From an uncultured Verrucomicrobiae bacterium (GTDB lineage: Bacteria > Verrucomicrobiota > Verrucomicrobiia > Chthoniobacterales > UBA10450), in contig CAVYXA010000003.1 in assembly GCA_963772365.1 (NCBI GenBank), forward strand, positions 32,001-96,000: a stretch of 64,000 bases of DNA, in the 5' to 3' direction. Made by a program: the position numbers and the translations under genes. Within the stretch, counting starts at the first letter, position 1, and each line of letters opens with the position of its first letter. This document shows, piece after piece, positions 10,361 to 21,389 of this stretch. Under the pieces are notes generated by a model. The model did not search any database. It was not told the DNA's origin and saw nothing but the letters and a program-made list of their open reading frames with translations.

Positions 10361-11198
10361 ATGATCGTGCTCGAAGTCTTGCAAGCGACAACGGCATATT
10401 TCAAGAAACGGAACATCGACAGCCCGCGTCTGAACGCGGAGCACCTGCTGGCGTATGTGTTAGGGCGAAAACGGATCGAGCTTTATCTGGAGTTCGAACG
10501 AGATCTGACAGAAACGGAACTCGCGCCTTTGCGCGAAATGGTGCGACGCCGGGGCGAAGGCGAGCCGCTTCAGCATTTACTGGGGACTGTGGAATTTTGC
10601 GGGCTGGAATTCATTTGCGATAAACGCGCACTAGTTCCACGACCGGAGACGGAGGAATTGGTCGAGATGGTTCACTCGAAAATCGAAAATCCGAAACCGA
10701 AAATTGTCGATGTTGGGACCGGTTCCGGCGTGATTGCGCTCAGTTTGGCGAAGAAATTTCCCGAGGCGCAGATTTTCGCGGTCGATGTTTCAGAAGAAGC
10801 CCTTTCCTTGGCCAAGGAAAATGCCGCGAAACTGGGCTTGCTCGAGAGAGTCCGGTTCGAGAAAAGTGATCTTTTTCAAAGTTTGAATGAAAGATTTGAT
10901 GTGATCGTAGCGAATCTTCCTTACGTTGCCATGGAAGATCGACAATCGCTTTCCCGGGAAGTCCTGCACGATCCCGAGATAGCACTGTTTTCCGGTGGCA
11001 AGGCTGAGGAATTGATCCGGAGACTTATCGCGCGAGGCGCCCACGCACCTCCAATCAGGCGGTTTGCTTGCGCTTGAGATTGGGATTGGGCAGACCGAGG
11101 GGCTCAAGGAGTTTCTTGCTCAAAAAAATTGGCGCGACATTGAGGCGAAAACCGATTATTCAAGTGTAACGCGTTATTTGTTTGCCAGGTATGGATAA
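10361..11198 (+). CDS. prmC: Release factor glutamine methyltransferase (frame break near 11030)
   Basis: EPLQHLLG, ALVPRPETEELV, VDVGTGSG, VANLPYV; C-terminus LEIG...RYLFARYG in a shifted frame; stop overlaps the murA start. Confidence 0.93.
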
Positions 11199-12485
11199 GC
11201 TTCGAATTCACGGGGGACGTGCGCTTTGCGGATCGATCAAGATCAGCGGCTCGAAGAATTCTGCCCTGCCGATCCTGGCCGCGACGCTGCTCACGCGCGA
11301 GCCGTGCATTATTCGACGCGTGCCGGACCTAAGCGACACGAACTACATGCTCCAAATCCTGACATACCTGGGCGCACAAGTGGAACGGGCCAGCGGGACC
11401 GTGAACGTCACCGCAGAAAATGTGAAATCGGTCGCGCCATACGATGTCGTGCGCAAAATGCGGGCATCGGTTTGTGTGATCGGACCGCTTTTGGGTCGAT
11501 GCAAAGAAGCCACCGTGTCGATGCCGGGCGGCTGCGTGATCGGCGATCGCCCGATTGATTTGCACCTGAAAGGCTTTGAAGCGCTTGGCGCGGCCGTTCG
11601 GGTGGAAGGTGGCAACGTGAAAGTGTTCGCGCCGAAGTTGAGCGGAGCGATTATCAATCTGCGAGGAAAATTCGGTCCAACCGTTCTCGGAACCGACAAC
11701 GTGATGATGGCAGCAGTTTTGGCCGAGGGAACGACCTTGATCGAAGACGCGGCCTGCGAACCGGAGGTTGTCGATCTTGCCAATTTCTTGAACAAAATGG
11801 GCGCGAAGATCGAAGGCGCCGGCACTTCTCGAATGATCATTGAAGGCGTGTCCGAGCTCCATGGCGCTGAGCATGAAATCATTCCCGATCGGATCGAGGC
11901 AGGAACATTTCTCGTGGCTGGCGCGGTGTGCGGGAAAGGCGATCACGCTCAACCGGGTCGAGCCTGCCCATTTGACCGCTGTCAGACCGCGTTGAGACGC
12001 TGCTGGTTATACCAATAACACCGGGCGATCAGACAATTTCGATATCGCCAAATGGAGCGGCCAAGTCCTTGCAGCTCGTTACAGAGCCGTATCCCGGTTT
12101 TCCGACCGATATGCAGGCCCAAATGTGCGCGCTCCTTTCCACCACGAATGGCGTTAGCTCGATCACCGAGAATATTTTTCCGCAGCGCTACATGCATGTG
12201 GCGGAGTTGAAACGAATGGGCGCGCGGGTCGAATTGGAAGGACCGACCGCGGCGATCAATGGGGTCGAGCAACTTTACGGCGCGCCGGTCATGGCGAGCG
12301 ATCTTCGTGCCTCGGCTGCATTGGTGCTTGCCGGATTAAAAGCGGATGGAATCACTGAAGTGGGCCGGGTTTATCATATCGATCGCGGCTACGAACATCT
12401 CGATGATAAATTGAGCGAGCTCGGCGCTCACATCGAACGCGTGAAGGCGCGACGAATTTCGCAATTAGACAATCTGCTTCAATGA
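11191..12485 (+). CDS. murA: UDP-N-acetylglucosamine 1-carboxyvinyltransferase (frame break near 11940-12000)
   Basis: [59 protein letters not shown]. Confidence 0.95.
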
Positions 12486-12499
12486 TTGAAAATTGATCC

Positions 12500-12883
12500 A
12501 TGGACGAGAACGCGACTCCGCCGCCTGTGCCTGTAACACGACATCCTCCGACGCTCGCACCTGGTGTGTGCTTTGTCATGCTGCCGCATTGCTCGGATTG
12601 TTTTTCCATTTCCTCGGGCCATCTTCTCGGCCCGCTGGTGGTCTGGCTGGCGAAGCGGGCGGATTCGCCGGAAATCGACGCCCACGGAAAGGAATCGCTC
12701 AATTTTCAACTATCGATGCTGATTTACGATGCGATCGCGGTGATTCTGTGCTTCGTCTTCGTCGGCATTCCGATTTTGGTCGTGCTCTGGATCATGAACA
12801 CGGTTCTTGTGATCGTCGCTTCGATTCAGGCCAGCGAAGGGAAACTTTATCGTTATCCGTTCGCCATTCGGCTGATCAACTGA
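12500..12883 (+). CDS. DUF4870 family membrane protein (compensating frame breaks in the 5' half)
   Basis: ARTWCVLCH..LLG (one frame) then GPLVVWL..HGKESLNFQ..YRYPFAIRLI. Confidence 0.75.
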   Translation: MDENATPPPVPVTRHPPTLAPGVCFVMLPHCSDCFSISSGHLLGPLVVWLAKRADSPEIDAHGKESLNFQLSMLIYDAIAVILCFVFVGIPILVVLWIMNTVLVIVASIQASEGKLYRYPFAIRLIN

Positions 12884-12889
12884 TCCGGT

Positions 12890-12972
12890 TGTCATCCTGA
12901 GCGAAGCGAAAGATCTCGAACTATTGGCCTTTGCGGAAGAAATATCAAGATCTCGTTTCGCTCAGGATGATA
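12890..12972. repeat. Repeat family A, copy 1 (GTCATCCTGAGCGAAGCGAA..GATC inverted-arm element)
   Basis: TGTCATCCTGAGCGAAGCGAAAGATCTC ... AGATCTCGTTTCGCTCAGGATGATA; contains the nfo stop codon. Confidence 0.75.
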
Positions 12973-13835
12973 GGGCCGGCGTTTCACCCAGAGCGCGCAA
13001 CGTTTTAAGGTTCATCACATCCTCCCGCAACTCCTTGCCTTTCGGCGTTTCCAGAACCTTGGGGATTTTGCGGAAACGAGGGTTGCGCATGATGAACCGA
13101 AAGCCGTCGAGCCCAATTTTGCCTTTGCCAATGTGCTCATGTCGATCGACCCGCGAGCCACGGGGCGTTTTGTGAATCGTTGATGTGAATGGCGACGAGG
13201 CGATCGAGCCCAATAATCCGATCGAACTCGCGAAATATTTTGTGCATCGCCGATTCGCTGGAGATATCGTAACCGGCGGCAAAAACATGAGCGGTATCAG
13301 GCAAACACAAAGCCGCTCCGGCTCGCGAACATTGCTCGATGATGAAGCCGAGATGCTCGAATTTCTCGCCCAGACATGATCCTTGTCCCGCAGTGGTTTC
13401 CAGCGCGATCTTTGTTTTACTTTAGGAGGCGGCAAACACCCGGTCAATTGAATCGACAATTTTTTCCAGACCCGCTTCTTCTCCGGCGCCAAGATGTGCG
13501 CCCGGATGAAGGACAAGAAACGGAAGCTCCAGTTGATCGGCTCGGATGAGTTCTTCGCCTCACCGCCCGCAACGAATTCGCATGAAACTGCGGATTAATC
13601 GCGGCGAGATTGATGAGATAATTCGCATGGGCAAACATCGACAGAAGCTCGCCGCGCTGGACGTGATTCAGAAAGCCCCGAATTTTTTCGCGAGCCAGCG
13701 GATGGGCAAACCATTGCATGTTGTTCTTCACGAACATCTGGATCGCCGTGCATTTGATCGAGCAGCCGCGCTCGATGGCCGTATGAACCCCGCCACCAAT
13801 CGACATGTGAGCGCCGAGGAGAATTGGTTCGCCAT
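12962..13835 (-). CDS. nfo: Endonuclease IV (AP endonuclease), several frame breaks
   Basis: LLGAHMSIGGG, HANYLINLA, VLHPG, RVDRHEHIGKGKIG, LETPKG spread over three frames. Confidence 0.9.
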
Positions 13836-13919
13836 AGGTGATTTGTAGATTCGGATGGAGAGTGTGATATCGCTGCGCCTGTTCCGCTTCTGATCGGTAG
13901 CAATTCGCAATTTGAAAAT

Positions 13920-16352
13920 CTAAAATCTTTTGGGGTGCCAATCCGGCTTCTTCAAGCTGCCTTCGCCTACGTATTCGAAAAGCTTATATACTGGCTTGAG
14001 CAAAATCCCGGCGGCGCCGTGCATATCGAGGCGCACCTCGAAATCTAGTTTATCATCGAAAAAGTGAATGTCGCCTTGTCCCAGCATCCCGAAGAGTTTG
14101 CCGGCTACCTCGAAATCGTCGGTGTGGATCGTTCCATCTTTGATGGCAAACGTGGCCGTCGCCTTGTGGGCAATGCTGTAACCTGCGCCGGGCAGAATGC
14201 TGTTCAAAATTCCCGAAAGCGGTCCAAAGACTGGAATGGCGAAGACATCGCCGTTAGTCACTTCAATTTTCCCATTTCCCTGCATTTTGCGCGGCTCGGC
14301 GCCCGGCCCGGTGAACTCGTAGGAGCCATGCAACTGCCCGTGGGCGGTTTTGTATTGGTAATAGAGATCGGTCAGCCGCGGAAAATCGATGTCGCTGACC
14401 ACGATATTCGCCTGGTAATGGGGATCGTTGTGGGCCAGCGAAATATCGGCATTGCCACGAACGGAGCCCGGCGAAAAGCCCCGCTTTAAGATCGACAATC
14501 TGCAAGCGATTGTTGGTGAAAAGCGAGGCGCGCGCCGACGCGGTCGAACGGCAAAGCTTTGCCTAGAAAAACGTAATCCATTCCCTGCGAAGCATCGACG
14601 TCGATATCGAGATGCGTCTTTTTGCCGCCAGCGAATTGATAGACGCCATTGACCGTAAGATTGGGCGCTTGATGGAATTTGTAAGGGACAATGGTTTTCC
14701 AAAGATCCGGATCGACCCAAAAAATCACCTCGGCGGGTCGTAGCGACGTTTTGATATTTGCGATCCGCACTTCGTGATTTTTGAAATCGTAAGTAAACGA
14801 GCCCGTGCCGACGCCTTCATCCCGAACAACGCGAATGTTCTCGTAAGCTCACTGCGCCGTCGCCAAACCGGATGTTGGCGCTTCCGCTGTTTGCCCAGGC
14901 TCCACGGAATCGCGTGTCCGTTCCAGCGCGACAGTTCCTTCGCCGTGCCAGTTGGCCGGTTGTCGATCTTCCCCGCGAATCGCGAGGTGGACGGCTGGCG
15001 AGCCGCTGCCATTCCCAATCGCCGAAGAAATTGAGTTCATCTCCCGCGAGACCAATCCCGAGATCATCGGTGAAACGCCCCGGGTTAATTGTGCTGTCGA
15101 TGTTCAATCGGAAATTGCCTGGCTCTTCGAAGCAGCTCGGCCGTGAGCAAGCCGGTTTGATGCCGGAGGCGAAGATCGCGCACGAAAGTCCGTTCCCCAT
15201 CCCAGGAGAAATTAGCGCTTAGATCCGAGAACGGAACCGACTTGTAAGCGAAACTACTGGCGGCGACCTGGCCAATCAATTTCAACTCCGGCCGCTCCTT
15301 TCCAAAATTTGCCGAGCCGGAAATTTCAATAAATGGCGGCGCGTTGAAATCGCTGCGTCGGCCAGCCAATCGCCCAAATCAAAAGCATGAAAAAGCGTTT
15401 TTAGATCCAGACTGCTGCGCAGTTGAAAATTGGCGGCACCAGTTTCCCGGCTCCAACCGGCGCGTGCGGCGAAGATTTCCCTGGCCGTCGATCCATTCGC
15501 AATGAGTAAGGCTTAAGATGTCTGCTCGGCCCATTCGGCGGCGAGCGGAGAAATTTTGGATCTTGTAATGCGCCGCGCTCAATGCTGTCGCCTCGTAGTG
15601 TGGCTTCCACTCTGGCATTCTCGAACTCGGCCAGATCGCCAGCTGAATTTTACCTGCAACACAGGCGGCCCTGCAGTGAATTTCCAATTTTCCCAACTCG
15701 GCCACGAGTACGTTGTAACATCGACATCCTGCTTTGCCACTCTTCTGCCGATGCGGCCGGTCGACGGCTGATAATTTTCCCGCTTGATCAACTGCCCAGT
15801 CGCCGAAATCCGCACTCCGCAAAAAATTCCCTCGGCCTGGCTCACGTAAATTTGCTCGGGTGGAAAATAGACGTGAGCCCGGAAATTCTTGAGCTGTGCC
15901 TCTGACTATCTTCCGTCCGGACCCTTTGAGAGGCAATTTGATCCGGGCGTTTCGCACATCCAGGGCGTTGAGAAACGGCTGACGATGAATGAAGGCGCAT
16001 AATTGATGTCGAGCGAAATTTCGCTCACTACGGCTAGGGGATTGCCGCGTCTTTTGTTCCGTGTAATCAAAAATGCGGACATCCCGGGCGATTAAACCGC
16101 GGAAAGGATCAAGCGTGAGCCGGCGAACTGGAGGCTTCGACCCCGCGCTGATGCAATTCCTCCGTCATGCGGGCGCGCCATTGCTCGACCGAAACCTTTC
16201 CGGGCCAGGTAATAACCGCCGCCGATCAGCGCCGCGAGCGCGACAGATCAGAAAAACACGAAAGATCGAAAATCGACAGGACGACGCGCGAAGGAGGATT
16301 GTCGATCCTGTGCGGTGCTCAACTTTTCCTCTGGTTCGAGGATGGCGGGCAT
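13920..16352 (-). CDS. AsmA-like envelope protein, heavily frame-broken
   Basis: C-terminal GNGKIEVTNGDVFAIPVFGPLS..ATFAIKDG..GQGDIHF..LDFEV..LFEYVGEGSLKKPDW; N-terminal TM; fragments in several frames. Confidence 0.65.
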
Positions 16353-16426
16353 GTGGAGGGTTAGATGGTTACAAGGTTAAAGCGTTGAAGGGCGAAAGCG
16401 TTAATGCGGCGAGCACTTTCATACCT

Positions 16427-16568
16427 TGTCATTCTGAGCCCTTCGGCTTCGCTCAGGACAGGCTCCGCGAAGAATCTCTGATCATTCTTCATGTTTTAAA
16501 CGAAAATAGCGGATGTTTCCAGCCTTCGCACAAAGCTTCGGCTTTCGTGCGTTCCGCTCAACATGACA
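16427..16568. repeat. Repeat family A, copy 2 (compound)
   Basis: TGTCATTCTGAGCCCTTCGGCTTCGCTCAGGACAGG..GCGAAGAATCT ... CGTTCCGCTCAACATGACA. Confidence 0.65.
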
Positions 16569-16614
16569 TAAGATAACGCTCCAACGGCTCACCCATCAAC
16601 GCTTCAACATTCAC

Positions 16615-17059
16615 GTGATTTCCATCTCCGACTTCCCGCGATTAACGCCATGTTCAATTCGATCAGCACCATCTTCATCTGCCTGGGCTGGTTCTGGATC
16701 AGGCGCAATATCTGGCAACGTCATGTCCCTGCATGATCGCAGCCATCATTTCATCCACCTGTTTTCTTGCCGGTTACATCGTCTATCATGCCCAGGTAGG
16801 CGAAAAATCATCCGGCTACAGCGGATGGATCGCAGCCATTTACTTCCCGATATTCGTTTCTCATGTTTTGCTCGCGTTTGTAACTCTGCCCCTTGTAATC
16901 GTGACGCTGATTCCGGTGTTCCAGCGCCGTTGGGACCGGCATCGCCGTCTCGGCCGGTGGACCATGCCCATCTGGCTCTATGTTTCCGTGACAGGCGTTC
17001 TTGTTTATCTCATTCTCTACAAATGGTTCCCACCTCCGAATGTTGCACTCGGTCATTAA
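16615..17059 (+). CDS. DUF420 family membrane protein (5' frame breaks)
   Basis: FLAGYIVYH, SHVLLA, HRRLGRWTMPIWLYVSVTGVLVY. Confidence 0.85.
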
Positions 17060-17102
17060 TTGATGTTTCATCAGAAGCCGCCCAGCAAAAGCCAAAAAGA
17101 TT

Positions 17103-17554
17103 ATGGTGACAATTGCGACCTTGAACGAGCCGGCCAAAGGCAAAGGAGCTGAAAGTCGCGATTTCAACAGGTCGGTGTCCGCGCCGATGTCCATAATGAG
17201 GCGCCTTTGCAAACTGTCGGTTTCATGTCGAAGCCGCAGGCTAACGTCAAGGTTCTCGTGGACGACAAGGATTTTGAACGTGCCCAGGGGCTGATGATCG
17301 AATGGGAGGCGAGCGATCCAGTCATCGCCGAGGCTCTCGTGCGTTGTCCCCAATGCGGGTCGTCGCGAATCGAGTATCCGCAGATGACCCGCAAATTTCT
17401 TACCCCGGCACTGGTGATCGTTCTCTGTGCAATCAAAATTATTCCGAAGGAATTTTATTGCCAGGATTGCCATTATACATGGAGCAACCAGGAAGAGCGC
17501 ACCATCGGCAAATTTTGGCACCGGTTTTTCCCTGGTGATTCGGAGGCGGGCTGA
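17103..17554 (+). CDS. DUF2007-like domain plus C4 zinc-ribbon membrane protein (5' frame breaks)
   Basis: MVTIATLNEP..VKVLVDDKDFERA; CPQCGS...CQDC flanking a hydrophobic segment. Confidence 0.65.
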
Positions 17555-17614
17555 GGCGCCGGAACGACCAATTGCTTGCTCCGATTCTCGCCGGGGCGCA
17601 CACTTCTCAGCAGC

Positions 17615-18462
17615 ATGATCAAATGGCTCTTTGTCGTCGCTTTGGCGGTGGCAATTTTTGGTGGCGCCTACTGGTTCAGCCGCGACATTTTATTCAAACA
17701 AGAACTCGAAGTTCGCAAAGAGCAGCGAGGCGAAATCACGCCAGTCCCGACACCCGATATCAGCCTGCCTGAATTTCAAGCGGCGGCGAAATTACGTCAG
17801 GACGGCAAGATGGCTGAGGCGCGCGATGCCCTCATGACGTTCATGCAAAAATATCCCACCAGGCCGCATGTCGAGTCCGCCAAGGAAATGTTGGGCGAGA
17901 TTAACATCGACATTCTTCTCTCCACTTATCCGTCCCCGGAAAAAGAGGAATACATCGTCAAGTCCGGCGACGTCCTGGCCAAAATCGCGCATAAAACAAA
18001 ATCAAGTCCAGAGCTGATCATGCGCATGAATAATCTCAGCAGCACCATGCTTCGCATCGGTCAGCGCCTGTTGATTTCGCATCCGAATTTTTCCATCGTT
18101 ATTCAGCCGAAATCCAATGCTCTCGTTTTGCTCAATAACGGCGCGTTTTTTAAACAGTATCCATTCGTGAAGAGAAATTACCCGACGAAAAAGCCAGCAA
18201 AAATCACGACGAAAGTCTCCGAAACAATGGCGTGGAGCGACGGGAAACGGGTTGGATTTGGCACAAAGCGAATACGCCAGCAGCACACGATGGATTCGAT
18301 TGGGCAATCCCACCTATACAATTTATTCCGTGCCCGATGCGACTCATCCGAACGTGGAAGAAGCGCCTGCCCAGGGCATCGGGTCTGGATGCCTCCGATG
18401 TCGAAGAATTGAGCGGGTTCGTCAATAATAAGACGCTGGTCACGATCATGGAGTCAGCGTAA
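17615..18462 (+). CDS. LysM peptidoglycan-binding protein with L,D-transpeptidase (YkuD)-like C-terminal domain (frame breaks)
   Basis: N-terminal TM; YIVKSGDVLAKIA..LMRMNNL..LRIGQRLLI (LysM); FFKQY; DVEEL...TLVTI C-terminus. Confidence 0.75.
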
Positions 18463-18541
18463 GCAAAGGGTTACAAGAGCTACAATGATTTCAATCTGGA
18501 GCCGCTTTAACTCTTTTAAGATTTGTAACCTTGTAAGCTCG

Positions 18542-19528
18542 ATGGAAATCCAACCGCTCGATTTTGAGAAGCCGATTGGCGAATTGGAACGCCGCTTGCA
18601 AGATTTGAAAACGCATTCCAACACGCACGATGTCGATCTCGCATCGACCATCGAGGAAATCGAAACGAAGATTCGAGACATGCGCCGCCGGATTTACGGA
18701 AACCTGACTGCATGGCAGCGCGTGCAAATCTCCCGCCACGTCCAACGCCCCTTTGCCCTCGATTACATCGACCGCTGTTTTAACAACTGGATCGAGTTCC
18801 ATGGCGATCGGCATTTTGCTGATGATAAAGCCATGCCCGGCGGAGTGGCCATGCTCGGCACTGATCGCTGCGTCGTGATAGCCCATCAGAAAGGCCGCAA
18901 CACGAAGGAGAATGTGCTGCGCAACTTTGGTTGTGCGCATCCCGAAGGTTATCGCAAAGCCTTACGTCTGATGCGACTGGCGGAGAAATTCGGTATGGCG
19001 GTGATTTCGTTGATCGACACGCCCGGAGCATTTCCGGGAATCGGTTCCGAAGAACGTCACATCTCGGAGGCGATTGCGGTCAACCTTCGTGAGATGATGA
19101 ATCTGCGGGTCCCAATCATCGCGGCTGTCATCGGCGAAGGAGGATCGGGTGGCGCACTCGGCATCGGCGTGGCCGACCGGGTATTGATAATGGAAAATGC
19201 TTACTACTCGGTAATCAGCCCCGAGGCGTGCTCGGCCATTCTCTGGCGAGATCGACGTCATGCTGCGGAGGCTGCGGAAGCATTGAAACTGACTGCTCAG
19301 GATTTGTTAAGGCTCGACGTAGTGGACGAAATCGTATCGGAACCGGAGGGCGGTGCCCACCGCGATTATGATGCCGCGACGGCAAATCTCGGAGCAGCCC
19401 TGCGCCAAAACCTGGCCAGCCTCCGCGAGCTCTCGATCGATGATCTCTTGACAAAGCGCTATGAAAAATTTCGTCGGCTGGGCAGTTTCGCCGAAGCAAA
19501 AACCACAGCTTCAAAGAATCGCTCGTGA
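18542..19528 (+). CDS. accA: Acetyl-CoA carboxylase carboxyltransferase alpha subunit
   Basis: LDFEKPI, PEGYRKALRLM, IDTPGAFPG, GEGGSGGALG, YSVISPE. Confidence 0.97.
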   Translation: MEIQPLDFEKPIGELERRLQDLKTHSNTHDVDLASTIEEIETKIRDMRRRIYGNLTAWQRVQISRHVQRPFALDYIDRCFNNWIEFHGDRHFADDKAMPGGVAMLGTDRCVVIAHQKGRNTKENVLRNFGCAHPEGYRKALRLMRLAEKFGMAVISLIDTPGAFPGIGSEERHISEAIAVNLREMMNLRVPIIAAVIGEGGSGGALGIGVADRVLIMENAYYSVISPEACSAILWRDRRHAAEAAEALKLTAQDLLRLDVVDEIVSEPEGGAHRDYDAATANLGAALRQNLASLRELSIDDLLTKRYEKFRRLGSFAEAKTTASKNRS

Positions 19529-19529
19529 G

Positions 19530-20330
19530 ATGATTTTGCGCAGCCGGCGAGTTTGGACGGGCTCGCTCCTTTTTTTGTTGTTGGTGGAGTTCGGGGCGGG
19601 CAAGACAGATGGCGCGCCGTTCAATTTTGATCACGATACATTCGCGTTTAAGAACGCAACGATTCTAAAATACAAACATGGCCATCCGATTCTGCGGCGG
19701 CAGTTAGCAGCCGATCCAACAAACAAGTACACCCGTCGTTGCTTTGTGATGAGCAGAGCGGCCATCCAGTTTCGAAAATTCGCCCGGTTCATTCCTGACC
19801 GTCCCCCTCTCGATGACAAAGAGTTGGCTGCCAGGATTCGGGCAGTAACTCGCCTCGCGCCTCGGAAACAAGCTTTGCCCGAAAATGAACGGATTGTTTT
19901 TCCGGGTTACCGAAACTTGCGCGACATCAGCAAGGCCCGAACAAAAGTGTTCGAGAAAAATCTCGGCAGCGGTTTTCTCACCTATTTCCGGCCAGCCAAT
20001 GCACGCATGGTTTTTTTGCAGAGCCGCGGCTATCAGGAAAAAACGCATGCGGCTCTGGATGCTACACTGGATCGGGGCGATCTATTCGTGGCTTACCTGA
20101 GCACGTTTCCCCAAATGAATATCAATCATGCGGTGTTGGTTTATGGGCGAAAGCCGGGTCGCGCGACAGATGGTCGTATTCATTATCTGGTTTACGATCC
20201 GAACCATCCCGATGGGCCACGAGAAATAACCTGGTCGCCGCGCGATCGCGCCTTTGCATTTCAGAAGGACGTCGACTTCGTGGGCGGGTTTGTGCGGATC
20301 TACCAATGCTACGGAAAACCGCTACAGTAA
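19530..20330 (+). CDS. Secreted hypothetical protein with possible papain-like Cys-His-Asp triad
   Basis: Signal-like N-terminus; RRCFVM, NHAVLVY, VYDPNHP. Confidence 0.6.
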   Translation: MILRSRRVWTGSLLFLLLVEFGAGKTDGAPFNFDHDTFAFKNATILKYKHGHPILRRQLAADPTNKYTRRCFVMSRAAIQFRKFARFIPDRPPLDDKELAARIRAVTRLAPRKQALPENERIVFPGYRNLRDISKARTKVFEKNLGSGFLTYFRPANARMVFLQSRGYQEKTHAALDATLDRGDLFVAYLSTFPQMNINHAVLVYGRKPGRATDGRIHYLVYDPNHPDGPREITWSPRDRAFAFQKDVDFVGGFVRIYQCYGKPLQ

Positions 20331-20337
20331 TCGTCGT

Positions 20338-20451
20338 ATGCCAAACCCAGTTCCGACCCCGCAGCCGATGCCGCCCACTCCCGGGCCGAAACCGGTTCGA
20401 CGCCCCGAACCGTTGCCGCCGAATCCGCCCGAGCCGCCCGCGGGAAGATAA
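20338..20451 (+). CDS. Putative 37-aa proline-rich small protein
   Basis: MPNPVPTPQPMPPTPGPKPVRRPEPLPPNPPEPPAGR fills the gap between two genes; no clear RBS. Confidence 0.4.
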   Translation: MPNPVPTPQPMPPTPGPKPVRRPEPLPPNPPEPPAGR

Positions 20452-20453
20452 AA

Positions 20454-21257
20454 TTAGAAGGCTGCCGGAAACAAAAATCGAAGGGCGGGCTCTACTCGTG
20501 CGGCCCAGGCCGCTTCGCTGTGATCCGCGCCTTCTGCTTCCAAGTAGCGAAGGTCGCGACGCGGCTTCCATCCTTTTTCAATCAAACGATCGCGTAGTTC
20601 GCGCGCGTTCTCCCAGCCCGGCTCGGCTGTGCCGGTATCCAACCAGATTTTCAAGGGCGGTTTCTGTTCTATCGAATCTACCAGGCGGTAAATGGCAAAA
20701 TCATCCCACCAAACCGATGGAGACATCGCTATGAGTCGCGAGAACGCGTTGGGAAATAAGATCCCAATCGCCAGCGTAACCAGTCCGCCCAGCGACGATC
20801 CACCGAGCCCTGTAAATTCGGGCTCGCGTCGTGTCCGGTATTTCCTGTCGATGTACGGTTTGAGTTCCGACATCAGGAACTCAGCGTAGAGACGGGCAAT
20901 TCCGCGGCTACGTTTTTTTCGCCTTGTCCGTGAATCAATTACGCCACGTGTCGGTGCATATTCGTGGATCCGATCTTCGCCCATATTCGCCGCCGCCACG
21001 ATGATGAGTGGCTCGATTAGTCCATTCCGAATCAAACGCTCAGCGGTTTCATCGACACCCCATTCCACGCCGGCGAACGCGGTCGCCGCGTCGAAAACGT
21101 TTTGACCGTCGTGCAAGTACAAGACTGGATAATTCCGTCTCGAAAAGCAACGATAGCCGGGCGGCAAGTAAACCAGCACGTCACGCCGATTGCCGAGGAT
21201 CCTCGACGGGAATGCCCGGTGGCGTTTGATGTTTCCGGTCAGGGTGTGTTTTGGCAT
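20454..21257 (-). CDS. Alpha/beta hydrolase, putative esterase (Fes/IroE-like)
   Basis: VYLPPGY, YPVLYLHDGQN, nucleophile elbow GSSLGG, DTGTAE, HSEAAW. Confidence 0.88.
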   Translation of the reverse strand: MPKHTLTGNIKRHRAFPSRILGNRRDVLVYLPPGYRCFSRRNYPVLYLHDGQNVFDAATAFAGVEWGVDETAERLIRNGLIEPLIIVAAANMGEDRIHEYAPTRGVIDSRTRRKKRSRGIARLYAEFLMSELKPYIDRKYRTRREPEFTGLGGSSLGGLVTLAIGILFPNAFSRLIAMSPSVWWDDFAIYRLVDSIEQKPPLKIWLDTGTAEPGWENARELRDRLIEKGWKPRRDLRYLEAEGADHSEAAWAARVEPALRFLFPAAF

Positions 21258-21339
21258 GACAAAGCGTGATGCATCGCTGACGATGTCGACCTTGTCCAGA
21301 TCAAGGGTAAACAGAGCGAGGGAAAGTCGTTTGCTCGCT

Positions 21340-21377
21340 GGGATTCCTAGGCTACGCTTCGCTCCGCTCGCAATGAC
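21340..21377. repeat. Repeat family A, single right arm
   Basis: GGGATTCCTAGGCTACGCTTCGCTCCGCTCGCAATGAC resembles the right arms of the other copies. Confidence 0.5.
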
Positions 21378-21389
21378 CCGTAAAGAAGT

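Noticed and set aside
10361..12485. Programmed frameshifting or true pseudogenes in prmC and murA
   Set aside because: No recognisable slippery or recoding signals, and breaks are scattered over many unrelated genes, which fits sequencing error better
17340..17480. CQDCH in the DUF2007-like protein as a c-type heme site
   Set aside because: It pairs with an upstream CPQC as a C4 zinc ribbon, and the protein has no export signal
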